From a virus, in the IMG/VR virus record IMGVR_UViG_3300044259_000094, positions 31,734 through 95,733 of that record: a stretch of 64,000 nucleotides of DNA, one strand, 5' to 3'. Below the pieces are notes generated by a model, which was not told where the DNA came from, did no database searches, and was given only the letters and a program-made list of their open reading frames with translations. Position 1 is the first letter of the stretch, and the number at the start of each line of letters is the position of its first letter. A program made the position numbers and the translations under genes. Shown one piece after another: positions 8,910-18,566 of the stretch.

Positions 8910-10325
8910 TCACTTGATAGCGTTCTCGAATTGGCGCTCGACCTCAGCGAAGCTGTCGGCGAACTGCTTGTCGAAACGGCGCTCAACGAAGATCGGCAGG
9001 AACAGGCTGTGTTCGATCTTGCCGCGCTTGGCGTACATGATTTCGTTGGCCTTGACGGTGATGATTGCGCCGATCCAATCCCAACGGTTCTCGTTGATTT
9101 CACGGCGCTGTTCATCGGTGAAGCCGGAGCCTACGTTGACTTTCAACATGCCGCAGGACGTCTTGCACTTGAGTGAGCCGAAGGTATCAGCGGTCTTGCC
9201 ACCTTCCTTGCCCTCTTCGAAGTCATAGACTTCCAGCTCGACAGGCACTTCCTGCTTGAGCTTCACCTGATCTTTGGAAGTACCGTCCTTCCAGATCTTG
9301 CCAGGCTTCTTGGCGATCGTACCTTCAAGCTTGCGCCGACGAGCATCGTAGTAATGCTCCATCGCCTCTTCGTAGCTACGGACGACCCGGGTTTCGATGA
9401 CGCTGATGGGATGATTCAAACGCTTGGCTTGAACCAAGCTGATTGCGGCGTTCAGCGTGCGCAGGCGCGTCACATAAGGCTGATCAAACTGGCCCTTCTT
9501 GACCGCTTTGTCTTTGGGGATGACATCCCACAGAACTGCGGATAGCTCGTAACCTTTCGGCAGTAGTGTGCCTTTGATCAGCTTGTTGATCAGGCCGTTG
9601 CCTACTTCGCGAGCGCAGACATTACCTTCTGAGTCGAGGACAAGCAGCTCGCCGTGAGTGTTCAGACCGTTGGCGAACTCAGGGTGACTGGTCAGTAGAG
9701 GCTTGAAGGTCTCGTAGAACGCTTCCATAAGCCCTTCGAAGCCTTCTGTTGGGAACGGCTGACCCTGGCGACTGGTGAAGCTGACCAATGTAGGCTCAAC
9801 AATGCCGTTGAAGAACATGCCATCAGCTTTGATCTGGCTGATTACACCTGTTGCCCAGGGCCAGGCTTCGAAGTCTACGTCCTTCGGCAGAGAGCAGCGC
9901 TCGTAAGGTGAAGAAGGGATGAAGTCCTTGCTGACCTTGTTGATGGAGTTCTCAGTGAAGCCGGCCTTCATATCCTTGTTCAGGACACGCCACAGCAACT
10001 CGGCCGAACGAACATCAAGTGCCGAATACTGATCGCCGATGGCGGACAGCGCTGCGTTGCCGGTGAGCTTGCGAGTGGCAAGGTCGTCAAGCATCTGCCA
10101 AGTTTCGTCTGTCCAGACACCGGTGTACATCGGATGATCCGGGCAATGCTCACCGGTGAAACGCGCTGGGCGAACACCAAAGGTAATGAACGGGCTGTAG
10201 GCGTACAGCATGGTCTTACCGAACTGGCTATCTTCCATAGCCAGGCTGAGGAACGCTTGCTTGTCGTTCTTACCAGGAGTCAGCGCGATTGAGCTGATAC
10301 ATTCCATGATTTGATTGGAGTTCAT
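8910..10325 (-). CDS. ATP-dependent DNA ligase
   Basis: Motif I QIKADG, HGEL, WDVI, EGTIAK, VKLK, VGSGFTD, LFLPIF. Confidence 0.93.
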   Translation of the reverse strand: MNSNQIMECISSIALTPGKNDKQAFLSLAMEDSQFGKTMLYAYSPFITFGVRPARFTGEHCPDHPMYTGVWTDETWQMLDDLATRKLTGNAALSAIGDQYSALDVRSAELLWRVLNKDMKAGFTENSINKVSKDFIPSSPYERCSLPKDVDFEAWPWATGVISQIKADGMFFNGIVEPTLVSFTSRQGQPFPTEGFEGLMEAFYETFKPLLTSHPEFANGLNTHGELLVLDSEGNVCAREVGNGLINKLIKGTLLPKGYELSAVLWDVIPKDKAVKKGQFDQPYVTRLRTLNAAISLVQAKRLNHPISVIETRVVRSYEEAMEHYYDARRRKLEGTIAKKPGKIWKDGTSKDQVKLKQEVPVELEVYDFEEGKEGGKTADTFGSLKCKTSCGMLKVNVGSGFTDEQRREINENRWDWIGAIITVKANEIMYAKRGKIEHSLFLPIFVERRFDKQFADSFAEVERQFENAIK

Positions 10326-10990
10326 TTGCCCGCCTTGAGTTTCATTGCGGCCCGACGCTTGATGAAGTCCGCAGTGGACTCACCTGGCAGTGGACGAGTG
10401 GATGATTGATCAGCTGCTGGGGTTGCAGCGACAGTAGGAGTAGGTGCCGCCTTGTTCTCTGCGTGCTCTTTCATAAGCACGTTGACTACATCGGCCATAC
10501 CCTCTTCAACAAACCCGGACTTCTTGATCGGGCCAATGTTGCGAGTGGGTCGTGGAGCTTGACGCTTTGGAATAGGCTTGTCAGTGCTGTAGCCTTCACG
10601 ACCGCCGATAGCCCAACCGCGTGCGTAGCTCGGGTTCGACATATCGTATTTGCCGCTGCTTACTGCGCCATCGACAGCTGCTTGCTTCTTAGCAGACTCG
10701 TACACATGACGAGGGCGCTCCTTGAAGTACAGAGCGTGACCGGCTTTACGCTCTTCCTCCCGCATACCCTTTGCGGGGCAAGTGTTATGGCAGTAGTAGC
10801 GCTGGCAGTCGGTGAACTGATCGCGAGCCAAACGATCTTCTTCGATGGCCTTGAGCGTGTGCAGGCATACAGCGTAGTTCACCTGCTGCTGGCGAGCGTC
10901 ACAGAACTGGTAGAAGGCGTTGCGGCCGCTCATGCTTGCCTCTACGGGGAGGATAGCAATCAGCTCCGGGTCTTCTTTGACTTCGGACAT
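10322..10990 (-). CDS. hypothetical protein (Cys-containing)
   Basis: Likely start MSEVKE at 10990, downstream of a promoter motif; ATGA overlap with ligase. Confidence 0.7.
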   Translation of the reverse strand: MSEVKEDPELIAILPVEASMSGRNAFYQFCDARQQQVNYAVCLHTLKAIEEDRLARDQFTDCQRYYCHNTCPAKGMREEERKAGHALYFKERPRHVYESAKKQAAVDGAVSSGKYDMSNPSYARGWAIGGREGYSTDKPIPKRQAPRPTRNIGPIKKSGFVEEGMADVVNVLMKEHAENKAAPTPTVAATPAADQSSTRPLPGESTADFIKRRAAMKLKAGK

Positions 10991-11022
10991 TGGGAGACTC
11001 TCTCGTTTGTTGTCGCGCTTGC

Positions 11023-11058
11023 ATGATACAAGCGCGCTGGAGGGCTTATACGGCGTTC
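11023..11058 (-). promoter_or_regulatory. putative phage-specific promoter (GAACGC-N8-CCC-N13-TATCAT)
   Basis: -10 TATCAT is the loop of the inverted repeat CGCGCTTG/CAAGCGCG. Confidence 0.55.
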
Positions 11059-11832
11059 TTATGCGAACCCACCCCAACCGCTACCGTAGACCTCTTCGCG
11101 ATCAATAACGGGCACTGGGGTCTTTGGAGCGACTGGTGGTTTGCCCTTCTGAGCGCCGAACATCATGGCTGTCATGGCTGACACGATGTCCTGGCTGACA
11201 CGATCCTTTGGCGCCAATTCCATTTCAGATTGAATCGATAGACCCTTACCTTCGAGGAAGGTGATGAAGTCTGCAGTTGGGAAGATGTCTTCGGCGATCG
11301 CCTTACCAATCAGAGTACCAATCTTGGATTCGGTACCCATCTGGATAAGACTGGCAGCTTGAGCTGGGCAGAACCCCATAGCCGGCAGTCTGCCGGCGTC
11401 TTCATCGGCGAGAACGTCGTAAACGAACTGGTGATTTGAGTCGATTGGAATGTATCGACCAATGTACTGCTCGATCTTGTAGTCCTTGCCCACAGCCTTC
11501 GACTTGACTACGCCGTACCACTCCTTCTCGCTCACAATCTTGGCTTGAGCTTGACCCTTTACGCCGAGATTCTTGCCCCACCAGGTTACGGATATACCGG
11601 TAGAGCCAGACTTGTTCAAAGCGATGAACATGGACTTCCAGATCTTGCCTTCCGGGTGATGACAGGACACGAACGACGAGCTGTAGACCGCGCCACTGGT
11701 TTCAGAAATGGCGGTGAACGAATCAGCCAGAGATTGCCGGCCGGCGTTGTCGTAAGTGGGCCAGGCTACCCTGTGAGACACGGTTTCAAGGCTAAGATTC
11801 GTGGTAGAAAAGGGAGTGAATGGGATGGTCAT
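11059..11832 (-). CDS. hypothetical protein, possible WGR-like domain
   Basis: KIWK...VTWWGKN..KGQ...KSKAVGKDY pattern; weak resemblance. Confidence 0.55.
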   Translation of the reverse strand: MTIPFTPFSTTNLSLETVSHRVAWPTYDNAGRQSLADSFTAISETSGAVYSSSFVSCHHPEGKIWKSMFIALNKSGSTGISVTWWGKNLGVKGQAQAKIVSEKEWYGVVKSKAVGKDYKIEQYIGRYIPIDSNHQFVYDVLADEDAGRLPAMGFCPAQAASLIQMGTESKIGTLIGKAIAEDIFPTADFITFLEGKGLSIQSEMELAPKDRVSQDIVSAMTAMMFGAQKGKPPVAPKTPVPVIDREEVYGSGWGGFA

Positions 11833-11857
11833 GTGATCTGCCTATGAATGTGCGCTT

Positions 11858-12964
11858 TCAAAGTGTGAATTTTGACATCACAGATGCGGCATAGAGCGGG
11901 GTAAGCTCTTTAGCCTTTACGAATGCCTGTCGTACTACTTCGGTTTCTACTTCGTTGGGGTCTTTGTCCAACGGCAGGATTGCCAGCTTTACTTTGAACC
12001 CGAAGGTTCTCAGCTTAACGCCGGTCTTCACAGCGTTCAGGATTGCACTGGGTGATCCGTCCCACATCATGGTGATTTCACGGAGACCCTTCTCTCGCAT
12101 CGCTTTGAGGTCGCTAAGCTGATCCTTCTCACCGCCAGACTCGGCGATAGAAAGGTGCATACCGAATGTCCCGCAGATACCCACATCCTTGAAGGTGATG
12201 TCCTCGTCGAACGCCTTCTTGATTGCGGCTACGTCAAACACGCCCTCCCCCAAAACAAGCTCTGACAATCCTAGGGAATTGTGGGCGTTGTATATAAAAC
12301 GACCAGCTCCAGCTAACCCAGGTGGGAACAGGTACTTCTGGAATGGGTTTGCTTCTATGCTTCGACCCTGGAACGTAACGAGCTGTCCGTCGATGCCATA
12401 TACAGGAATGACAACTCGGTTTGCCCAGTCCTGAGACTTCTCTTCGCCGCCTAACGTGTAGCTGTAGGTTCCGGTCTTGCTGAATCGCCAACCAAAATAC
12501 TCGGCAAGGTCAGGGCCAAACCCACGATCAGAAAGGTACTTGAGAGTTTTGCCGTTGATTGGCAGAGGGTAGCTGTCCGGGATCACAATTTCATCCGGGT
12601 TCTCGTCAGCTGGTCTTGGGGCGCGTTTGCGGGTTGCTGTCCACCCAAGAGTCTTGGCGTATCGCTTGAGATTCTGGATCGTCTCGCGATGGCTCTTGTC
12701 GTTACGGTGGAACATATAGCTGTACTTGTTGAAGCCTGGCTCACCTGAGCATGACCCATGAAAGCAACTACCCAAACCTGTCTCAGCGTTTAGGTAGACC
12801 TTCCAGCCAGTACCCCCACAACGGGGGCACTCTTTAAGGTTCAACTGTGTACCGGATCGCCCGCGAGTGACCCGGTAGTCGATGCTTTCAAAGCTCAGGA
12901 AGTCTTCCATGTCGACCAGATCGAGCAGGTCTTCAATCTCGGAATCATCCTTTGCTTTGGTCAT
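11858..12964 (-). CDS. DNA primase (Zn finger + TOPRIM)
   Basis: CPRCGG...CFHGSC; VIPV...FQGR; EGVFD; MWDG; DKDPNE. Confidence 0.9.
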   Translation of the reverse strand: MTKAKDDSEIEDLLDLVDMEDFLSFESIDYRVTRGRSGTQLNLKECPRCGGTGWKVYLNAETGLGSCFHGSCSGEPGFNKYSYMFHRNDKSHRETIQNLKRYAKTLGWTATRKRAPRPADENPDEIVIPDSYPLPINGKTLKYLSDRGFGPDLAEYFGWRFSKTGTYSYTLGGEEKSQDWANRVVIPVYGIDGQLVTFQGRSIEANPFQKYLFPPGLAGAGRFIYNAHNSLGLSELVLGEGVFDVAAIKKAFDEDITFKDVGICGTFGMHLSIAESGGEKDQLSDLKAMREKGLREITMMWDGSPSAILNAVKTGVKLRTFGFKVKLAILPLDKDPNEVETEVVRQAFVKAKELTPLYAASVMSKFTL

Positions 12965-12965
12965 G

Positions 12966-13223
12966 TTAGTGCGCCTGGGCCAGGGCCTCTGGGTGGTCGT
13001 GAATAGTTGCCAGCAGAAGCTTCATGACCGGCTCGTCCTCACGAACAGAGGCGTTGCTGCCGCCGCGAGCGATGCGGCCGTCCATGTACTTCACAGCGGC
13101 CGAATCGTCACCGAAAGCCAGACGAGCAAACTCGCGCCAGTTTTCGTTGGTGCTTTTCATACCGTTGCTCAGCTTTTTGGGCTTGTGGACAACGATGTCG
13201 AACTTTGCTTTTTTCTTGGCCAT
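12966..13223 (-). CDS. hypothetical protein
   Basis: GAGGAG RBS; tight gene packing. Confidence 0.7.
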   Translation of the reverse strand: MAKKKAKFDIVVHKPKKLSNGMKSTNENWREFARLAFGDDSAAVKYMDGRIARGGSNASVREDEPVMKLLLATIHDHPEALAQAH

Positions 13224-13226
13224 GAC

Positions 13227-13433
13227 TTACTCCTCGCTATACAGATCGATGCCGGCCGCTTTCAGATCGAGGTCGTCAGGCAGAGTCAGAGTGCGAGAGT
13301 AGCCTTCGTTCATACCGAACCATTCAGGCTGTTCCTCGCACAGGCGATCCAGAAGATCGTAATCGGTGGTGAAACGCACAGCTGAGCTGCCGTCACCCAA
13401 GTCTTCCGCGAACAGATAAACTTTTTGAGCCAT
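13227..13433 (-). CDS. hypothetical protein
   Basis: 68-aa acidic ORF; start overlaps the upstream stop by 1 nt. Confidence 0.7.
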   Translation of the reverse strand: MAQKVYLFAEDLGDGSSAVRFTTDYDLLDRLCEEQPEWFGMNEGYSRTLTLPDDLDLKAAGIDLYSEE

Positions 13434-13879
13434 CAGATTTTCCTTACGTTTGCTTTGTTCAGCTCAGCATATGCGAGTTGAACTGGGGTGTAATAGGGTT
13501 TCGACAGTACCACTTCGGCTTCTTCGACTGTCATTCCCGTGTGATGGGCCATGAACTCCGCATAGCTGGAGAAACAAGTCTCATGGTCCGGTTCGTGGGT
13601 GAGCAGTGTATCCCAAGCCTTGCCAGTTCCACGCTTCTCATTCATGCCGAGATTCGCACGGAACGTGGCAGTACCTGCACACTGCGGCGTCTGACCTGGG
13701 CCGGCTTTCAGCTTCCATTCCGGGTCGTTGAAGTCGCAGTGGAGGTGACAAGGGATCGAGAACGGTGCATACACTTGACCGATATACACCGTCACATCGC
13801 TGCCACCCAAAGCACCAGGTTCACACTTGCGGTTGAATACGCACTCTGCGCAGGCTTTCTTTGGGTTGCGGCAGCTCAT
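13433..13879 (-). CDS. Cys/His-rich hypothetical protein (DUF6283-like)
   Basis: CAECVF, PCHLHC, QCAG motifs. Confidence 0.65.
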   Translation of the reverse strand: MSCRNPKKACAECVFNRKCEPGALGGSDVTVYIGQVYAPFSIPCHLHCDFNDPEWKLKAGPGQTPQCAGTATFRANLGMNEKRGTGKAWDTLLTHEPDHETCFSSYAEFMAHHTGMTVEEAEVVLSKPYYTPVQLAYAELNKANVRKI

Positions 13880-14232
13880 ATCATTTGGCCGAAACGTTTC
13901 TTGTGACCCAGGTGACGAGTCTGGATAGGGATGGTCGACTGAGGTCTTGGTTTGAACCAGCCGATGTAGGTGAGCTGCTCGATGAACAGAGAGCCGTTGG
14001 TTCGATACTGCGGCGAAAGATCCTTGATCATGTTCGGAACAAGAGCCTTCTTGAGGTTGCGATGAAACGCAAGCTCATTACGGTCAGTAACGCTCATGGT
14101 CATTGAGTTGGTCACATAGCCCGTATTTGGGACACCCGGGTTCATGTTGTAGCGGAACGTCACATGATAGTTCCAGGTACGACCAGTGAGCTTGTGAATC
14201 AGCTTGTCGAAGGAGAACTTTGGTAGCTTCAT
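13876..14232 (-). CDS. hypothetical protein
   Basis: ATG ORF overlapping both neighbours. Confidence 0.65.
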   Translation of the reverse strand: MKLPKFSFDKLIHKLTGRTWNYHVTFRYNMNPGVPNTGYVTNSMTMSVTDRNELAFHRNLKKALVPNMIKDLSPQYRTNGSLFIEQLTYIGWFKPRPQSTIPIQTRHLGHKKRFGQMI

Positions 14233-14585
14233 CAGAAGTGTTGCTCCATATCTTCGAGTGGAATCAGATCGCTTTCGTTCGCGGTAGAGGCGCGTTCAGC
14301 AATCGCTTCATCCGGGAACATGCTGTTGACCTGCGAAATGGTTGGGTCGATCAGCTTGCGAACGGTTTCTTCGGTCAGGCCATCGAACGCCTTTTCAGCG
14401 TCGTCCCAGCCCTGATCGCTGTCCTTGAAGGAGGTGATCAGTTGAGTGATGCCGAACATCTGGTTGCCGGTCATGAAGCTGAAACGCAACTCCGGGCCTG
14501 AGCGGGTTTCAGCGTCGCTCTCGTCAAGGACAACGAGAACCTGGCCGATGTCGTCAAAGCGGAACAGCTTGGCGAAGTCTTTCAT
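14232..14585 (-). CDS. hypothetical protein
   Basis: ATGA overlap; common phage FAKLF...GQVLV-type N-terminus. Confidence 0.7.
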   Translation of the reverse strand: MKDFAKLFRFDDIGQVLVVLDESDAETRSGPELRFSFMTGNQMFGITQLITSFKDSDQGWDDAEKAFDGLTEETVRKLIDPTISQVNSMFPDEAIAERASTANESDLIPLEDMEQHF

Positions 14586-14878
14586 TTTTCATCCTTTTGT
14601 GCGGCACGCAGAAGGCATACCTTGTTCTCGCTGCTGCCATCGAAAGCGCAGTAGGCGTCGATAGGATTGGAGCCAGCTTTGATAGCCGCTTCCATCTTGG
14701 CGTTTGCATCCAGGTTGTAGGAGGTGACACCCCAGGCGATCGAGCCAACGATCGCTACAACGGACAAGCAGGCGATGATCTTGGTCATCTCCTCCCAGTC
14801 GATCACAAAGGGGTGCTTCTCGACGGTGTGAGTGTGGTAGTTGTTTACCACGCCTTCTTTCGGTGCTTCGTCGCTCAT
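14582..14878 (-). CDS. single-pass membrane hypothetical protein
   Basis: Start MSDEAP at 14878 with GAGG RBS; TM segment IIACLSVVAIVGSIAWGV. Confidence 0.7.
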   Translation of the reverse strand: MSDEAPKEGVVNNYHTHTVEKHPFVIDWEEMTKIIACLSVVAIVGSIAWGVTSYNLDANAKMEAAIKAGSNPIDAYCAFDGSSENKVCLLRAAQKDEK

Positions 14879-14900
14879 TACGTTTCCTCTATGAATGAAA

Positions 14901-14948
14901 AGACTCAAGCGCGAGATTACACGCTTGAGTCTGGGGTGTAGCGGGTTT
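14901..14948 (-). promoter_or_regulatory. putative phage-specific promoter (AAACCC-N7-CCC-N13-TAATCT) within a hairpin that may also terminate
   Basis: Inverted repeat AGACTCAAGCG/CGCTTGAGTCT around the -10; short T run follows on the minus strand. Confidence 0.55.
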
Positions 14949-14950
14949 GA

Positions 14951-15355
14951 TCAGTCTGCCCAAATAGCGTTCGGATCTACCCAGTCCGGGTCTTTCTCGA
15001 AGCTCACATCCACGCTCTCGCTGTAGTAACCATTGGACTCACCCAGCCAGCGAATGACCACGAACCCATGTTCGGTAGCAAGCCTGTAAAAAGTCCAGGT
15101 GGAAGTTCCATAATTCTCTTCATCACCAGACTGGGACGACTCTTCTGCGAGGACGAGAGGCCCATAACCAATGAGGTCACCAATATCGCCCTCAACATCC
15201 GAAACCGATACAGACTCACAGCAATCCTGCTCGTGATGCATACGAATAACCAAACCGTCACTGGTGTGGATTCTGATTTCCTCACTGTCCTTACTCGCTC
15301 CGTCAATCTTGACGATGGTTTTACCTACAAGGTCTTCAAACTTCATTCGTTCCAT
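14951..15355 (-). CDS. conserved phage hypothetical protein (DUF7448-like)
   Basis: HEQDCCESV...TWTFY...IRWLGESNGYYSE signature. Confidence 0.8.
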   Translation of the reverse strand: MERMKFEDLVGKTIVKIDGASKDSEEIRIHTSDGLVIRMHHEQDCCESVSVSDVEGDIGDLIGYGPLVLAEESSQSGDEENYGTSTWTFYRLATEHGFVVIRWLGESNGYYSESVDVSFEKDPDWVDPNAIWAD

Positions 15356-16827
15356 TAGCTAATCTCCAAGATGCCAGTCATGAACCGCATCTTGCTCAAG
15401 TCCTGGCTGATTTTGAGGGTGAATTCACCAGCTTGGTTCCGGGATGCTGCGAAGTAAAGGCGAGCTTCACCTTTGGCCTTCTCTTCATCCGTGCGGTTGA
15501 TGGTCAACACCAAGTCGGCGATGCGGATTTTGTTGAAGTCTTCTGCGGCGTGCTCTGCTTTCGCTACGTCAGCAGTGAAGCCGGCACGGTTCGTCTGTGT
15601 TGCGGTCAGTACAGCGGCGTTCTCTTCGTGGGCGATTGCACGCAGACCCAACCAGACCTGCTTGGACTCGTTGATGTCGTTACCCGATTTGATTTCGGCC
15701 GCCATGATGTCGGCGTAGTCGACTACGATCAGGTCGAAGATGATGCCTTGTGCGCGGTAGAACTCGATGACTTTGCGCAGGTCTGCACAGGTCATTGTAC
15801 CCGATGGATACTCAACGACTTTCAAGACGCCAGGCTTACGCATGGATGCCCGATTCTTGACGCCCTTCTCGACTTCGTTACCCTTGGCTGCCAAGTCAGC
15901 CATATCAACGCCGGACACGTTTGCGTCCATACGTTCCATGATGATCTTGGCTGCTACTTCGAGGGTGACATACAGCACGTTGTAGCCGGCGCTAGAAGAA
16001 GCGATTGCCCAGTGAAGCAAGCCAGTGGACTTACCCTTCTTGGCACCACCCATGACAACGGACAGTTCCTTTCGGCCCCATCCATCGTGGTACAGCATCT
16101 TGTTCAGTTTCGGCAGACCCGTGGTCACACCGTCTTTCTTAATCAGACCGGCTTCAACGTCACGACGGTACTGAGTACGGGACTCGATGCTGTTCCAGTA
16201 GTCGTTGTCTTGAACCACAGCCTGCGCGCCTGTAGCAAACGCCTTCTGCATGATTTTTTCGGCTTTCGCATGTTCTCCCTTCTCCACAAGCGGGATGGTC
16301 ATCATGTAAGCCGCGCTGATTGCTTGCTTCTTGGCGAACTCAGCAACCTTATCTACAGCGTAGTCACGGCTCGGCAGACCCTCTTTCAGGATTTTCTTGA
16401 GAGCGACGACCATATCCGGGACGTCATCGTCACGAATCGCCTTCTCTGCTTTCGCATCCTTGATCAGCTCTGCCCACTCGCCGCGCTCGGGTAGACGACG
16501 GTACTTCTCATGATAGGTTTGGCTGATGTGAACCAGTGCCGACAGACTGCGGTCTTCGAAGTATTCAGGTTTGACCAACCCGTCTACGCGACGATAGAAA
16601 GCTTCATCGCGTAGGGTCAGTGCCGCGATCTTCTGTTGGAAGTCTGCTTCGAATTGGAAAGCCTCAGCACCCTCTTCCAGGGTTGGGAGCGGCTTGATCC
16701 GGGTGCTCATTTGCATGACGGTTTCGATTTCGTCATCCAATTCTTCGTCTGGCTCGGGTTCGACCATGCCCATCTGTCTCGCCAATTGATCGGCGAGACT
16801 ATTCTTAATTTCGGATTCGTCAGACAT
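15355..16827 (-). CDS. replicative DnaB-like (SF4) helicase
   Basis: GVTTGLPKLN; Walker A GGAKKGKS; YVTLE; IVVDYAD; TATQTNR; ASRN; likely start MSDESE. Confidence 0.92.
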   Translation of the reverse strand: MSDESEIKNSLADQLARQMGMVEPEPDEELDDEIETVMQMSTRIKPLPTLEEGAEAFQFEADFQQKIAALTLRDEAFYRRVDGLVKPEYFEDRSLSALVHISQTYHEKYRRLPERGEWAELIKDAKAEKAIRDDDVPDMVVALKKILKEGLPSRDYAVDKVAEFAKKQAISAAYMMTIPLVEKGEHAKAEKIMQKAFATGAQAVVQDNDYWNSIESRTQYRRDVEAGLIKKDGVTTGLPKLNKMLYHDGWGRKELSVVMGGAKKGKSTGLLHWAIASSSAGYNVLYVTLEVAAKIIMERMDANVSGVDMADLAAKGNEVEKGVKNRASMRKPGVLKVVEYPSGTMTCADLRKVIEFYRAQGIIFDLIVVDYADIMAAEIKSGNDINESKQVWLGLRAIAHEENAAVLTATQTNRAGFTADVAKAEHAAEDFNKIRIADLVLTINRTDEEKAKGEARLYFAASRNQAGEFTLKISQDLSKMRFMTGILEIS

Positions 16828-16867
16828 TGTTGGCCCTTTGGGGTGATTTGTGCGTTGCAGCACTCGA

Positions 16868-16890
16868 AGTATACGCGCTGCGAAGTGGGG
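16868..16890 (-). promoter_or_regulatory. putative promoter (CCC-N13-TATACT)
   Basis: -10 TATACT flanked by GCAGCGC/GTGCTGC; same 13-nt spacing as the other motif copies. Confidence 0.5.
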
Positions 16891-16895
16891 TAAAA

Positions 16896-17612
16896 CTAGC
16901 TAGACAGAGCTACCGCACGGCGAATCAGATCACTACCGGATCGAGGGAAGGCGAACATGATTTGTTCGCGGGAGATTTGACCCTTCTCCATGATGGTCGC
17001 GAGCACACCTTCCGGGTAGCTTGAGCCTTTGATCCTGTTGAACAGCCAGTTCAGATACTTGATCTGCTCCTGCCCACCCTGATAGTTCTCTGCCAGATAC
17101 GCTTCGTGGGCTGCGTAGAACGCGCTGTGAGACGTCCGGGCTACCCAGCGCTCTACGACATACTCGACAAGCGATGGCAGCCCTTTAAGACGCTCAGGGA
17201 CGGTCTGGGTGTACATCTGCGACGTAGTGGGCAAGAAAGTCATGCGAGCTTTGTCGGCAAACTGCATCGCGTGCTCGCAATAGAAGTCATAAGGGCAACC
17301 GATGCGATCTGCCATCTGACGACCACGCCATAGGCCGTTGAGAGCGCGGGCTGGCAATTCGAAGATGACGTCCTTTTTGAGGCCCTTCATGTTCAGACCG
17401 ATCCACAGATCAGTACGCCGGGACACTGCACGTTTCAGAGCGGACGCATAAGCCTCAGCGTAAGCCTGGGTAGCTTGAGCCGGGTGCATGAAACGGTAGT
17501 CCCAGAATTTGGTTTCGTTTAGCTCAGCCTCTTCCTGGAGAAGGTTGAGAGGAATGTACCGGAGTGACAGTGCGTCACATTGGAGTGGGGTCCATTCTGC
17601 GCTGTTAACCAT
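16896..17612 (-). CDS. hypothetical protein upstream of DnaB (candidate helicase loader/initiator)
   Basis: Likely ATG start MVNSAEW at 17612; function inferred from position only. Confidence 0.6.
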   Translation of the reverse strand: MVNSAEWTPLQCDALSLRYIPLNLLQEEAELNETKFWDYRFMHPAQATQAYAEAYASALKRAVSRRTDLWIGLNMKGLKKDVIFELPARALNGLWRGRQMADRIGCPYDFYCEHAMQFADKARMTFLPTTSQMYTQTVPERLKGLPSLVEYVVERWVARTSHSAFYAAHEAYLAENYQGGQEQIKYLNWLFNRIKGSSYPEGVLATIMEKGQISREQIMFAFPRSGSDLIRRAVALSS

Positions 17613-17691
17613 GATGGGTAGCTCTGTGCGTTGCTGAGCTGTGAATGATGAAGCGAGGAGACCGGGTTTGCAAGAAGGTGGGTCAGTGTGT

Positions 17692-17765
17692 CCACATCCA
17701 ACCCTTCCCTTATATAAGACTTCTAACAAGAAGAATTGTATTAAATAGGGAAGGGTAGGATGTGG
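17692..17765. repeat. 19-bp inverted repeat (1 mismatch) around a 36-bp AT-rich core
   Basis: CCACATCCAACCCTTCCCT (17692-17710) / AGGGAAGGGTAGGATGTGG (17747-17765). Confidence 0.85.
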
Positions 17766-17770
17766 CTGTA

Positions 17771-18556
17771 TCAGTTGTCGCGGTAAGCCAAGACTACATC
17801 GCGGACCAGAGGATCGCGCTCGATGTCATCCACATCGAACTCAAACATGGCGGCGGCTTTGCTGTTGCGGAGACGGTGGGTAGCGTCAGCCAGGCCATTT
17901 TCATCGCCGGCACGGTCAGACTGCTTCAAGTCACCGGTCAGAACCACAGTGCTGTCTGCACCGATCCGGGTCAGGAACATCTTCATCTGGCCCTGGGTCG
18001 AGTTTTGAGCCTCGTCCATGATCACGAAGGCGTTACGGAAGGTGGCACCACGCATCATCATCAGTGGCTTGCCGATGATCAGGCCGTATTTCACATAGCT
18101 CTCGACCTTGCTGCGACCGAGCTTGCCTTCGAGGACTTCCAGCGCTGGACCGATCCAGGCTTGGAACTTCTCCCACTCACTACCCGGGAGGAAGCCGATG
18201 TCCTCGTCACAGCCGACCATTGGGCGAGTGATGATGATCCGCTCGATTTCACCAGCTTCGAGGGCTTCGCAGGCCAGGCTCACGCTCAAGAAGGTCTTGC
18301 CGGTACCAGCGGGGCCGGTCAGGAAGATCAGGCGGTTGTTCTCGATCAGGTTGATAGCTCGGGATTGCGATTCGTTCCGTGGCTCCAGCTTGCCGAAGCG
18401 GGTTCGATTCGCCTGGTACTCCAGGTGAGCTTCCAGGTCTTCCTGGTTCTGGTGGTTGGCGTTGCTCAGCTCGGGGAATTTACCCCCATGTTTTTCCTCG
18501 CGGCGAGTTTGACGACGGTTTTCACGGCGTTTTTGGCGAGCTTGATTACCAGACAT
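17771..18556 (-). CDS. phoH: PhoH-family ATPase
   Basis: GPAGTGKT, IIITRP, IGFLPG, MRGATF, IMDEAQN, LTRIG, TGDLKQSD. Confidence 0.95.
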   Translation of the reverse strand: MSGNQARQKRRENRRQTRREEKHGGKFPELSNANHQNQEDLEAHLEYQANRTRFGKLEPRNESQSRAINLIENNRLIFLTGPAGTGKTFLSVSLACEALEAGEIERIIITRPMVGCDEDIGFLPGSEWEKFQAWIGPALEVLEGKLGRSKVESYVKYGLIIGKPLMMMRGATFRNAFVIMDEAQNSTQGQMKMFLTRIGADSTVVLTGDLKQSDRAGDENGLADATHRLRNSKAAAMFEFDVDDIERDPLVRDVVLAYRDN

Positions 18557-18566
18557 AGGGCTTTCC

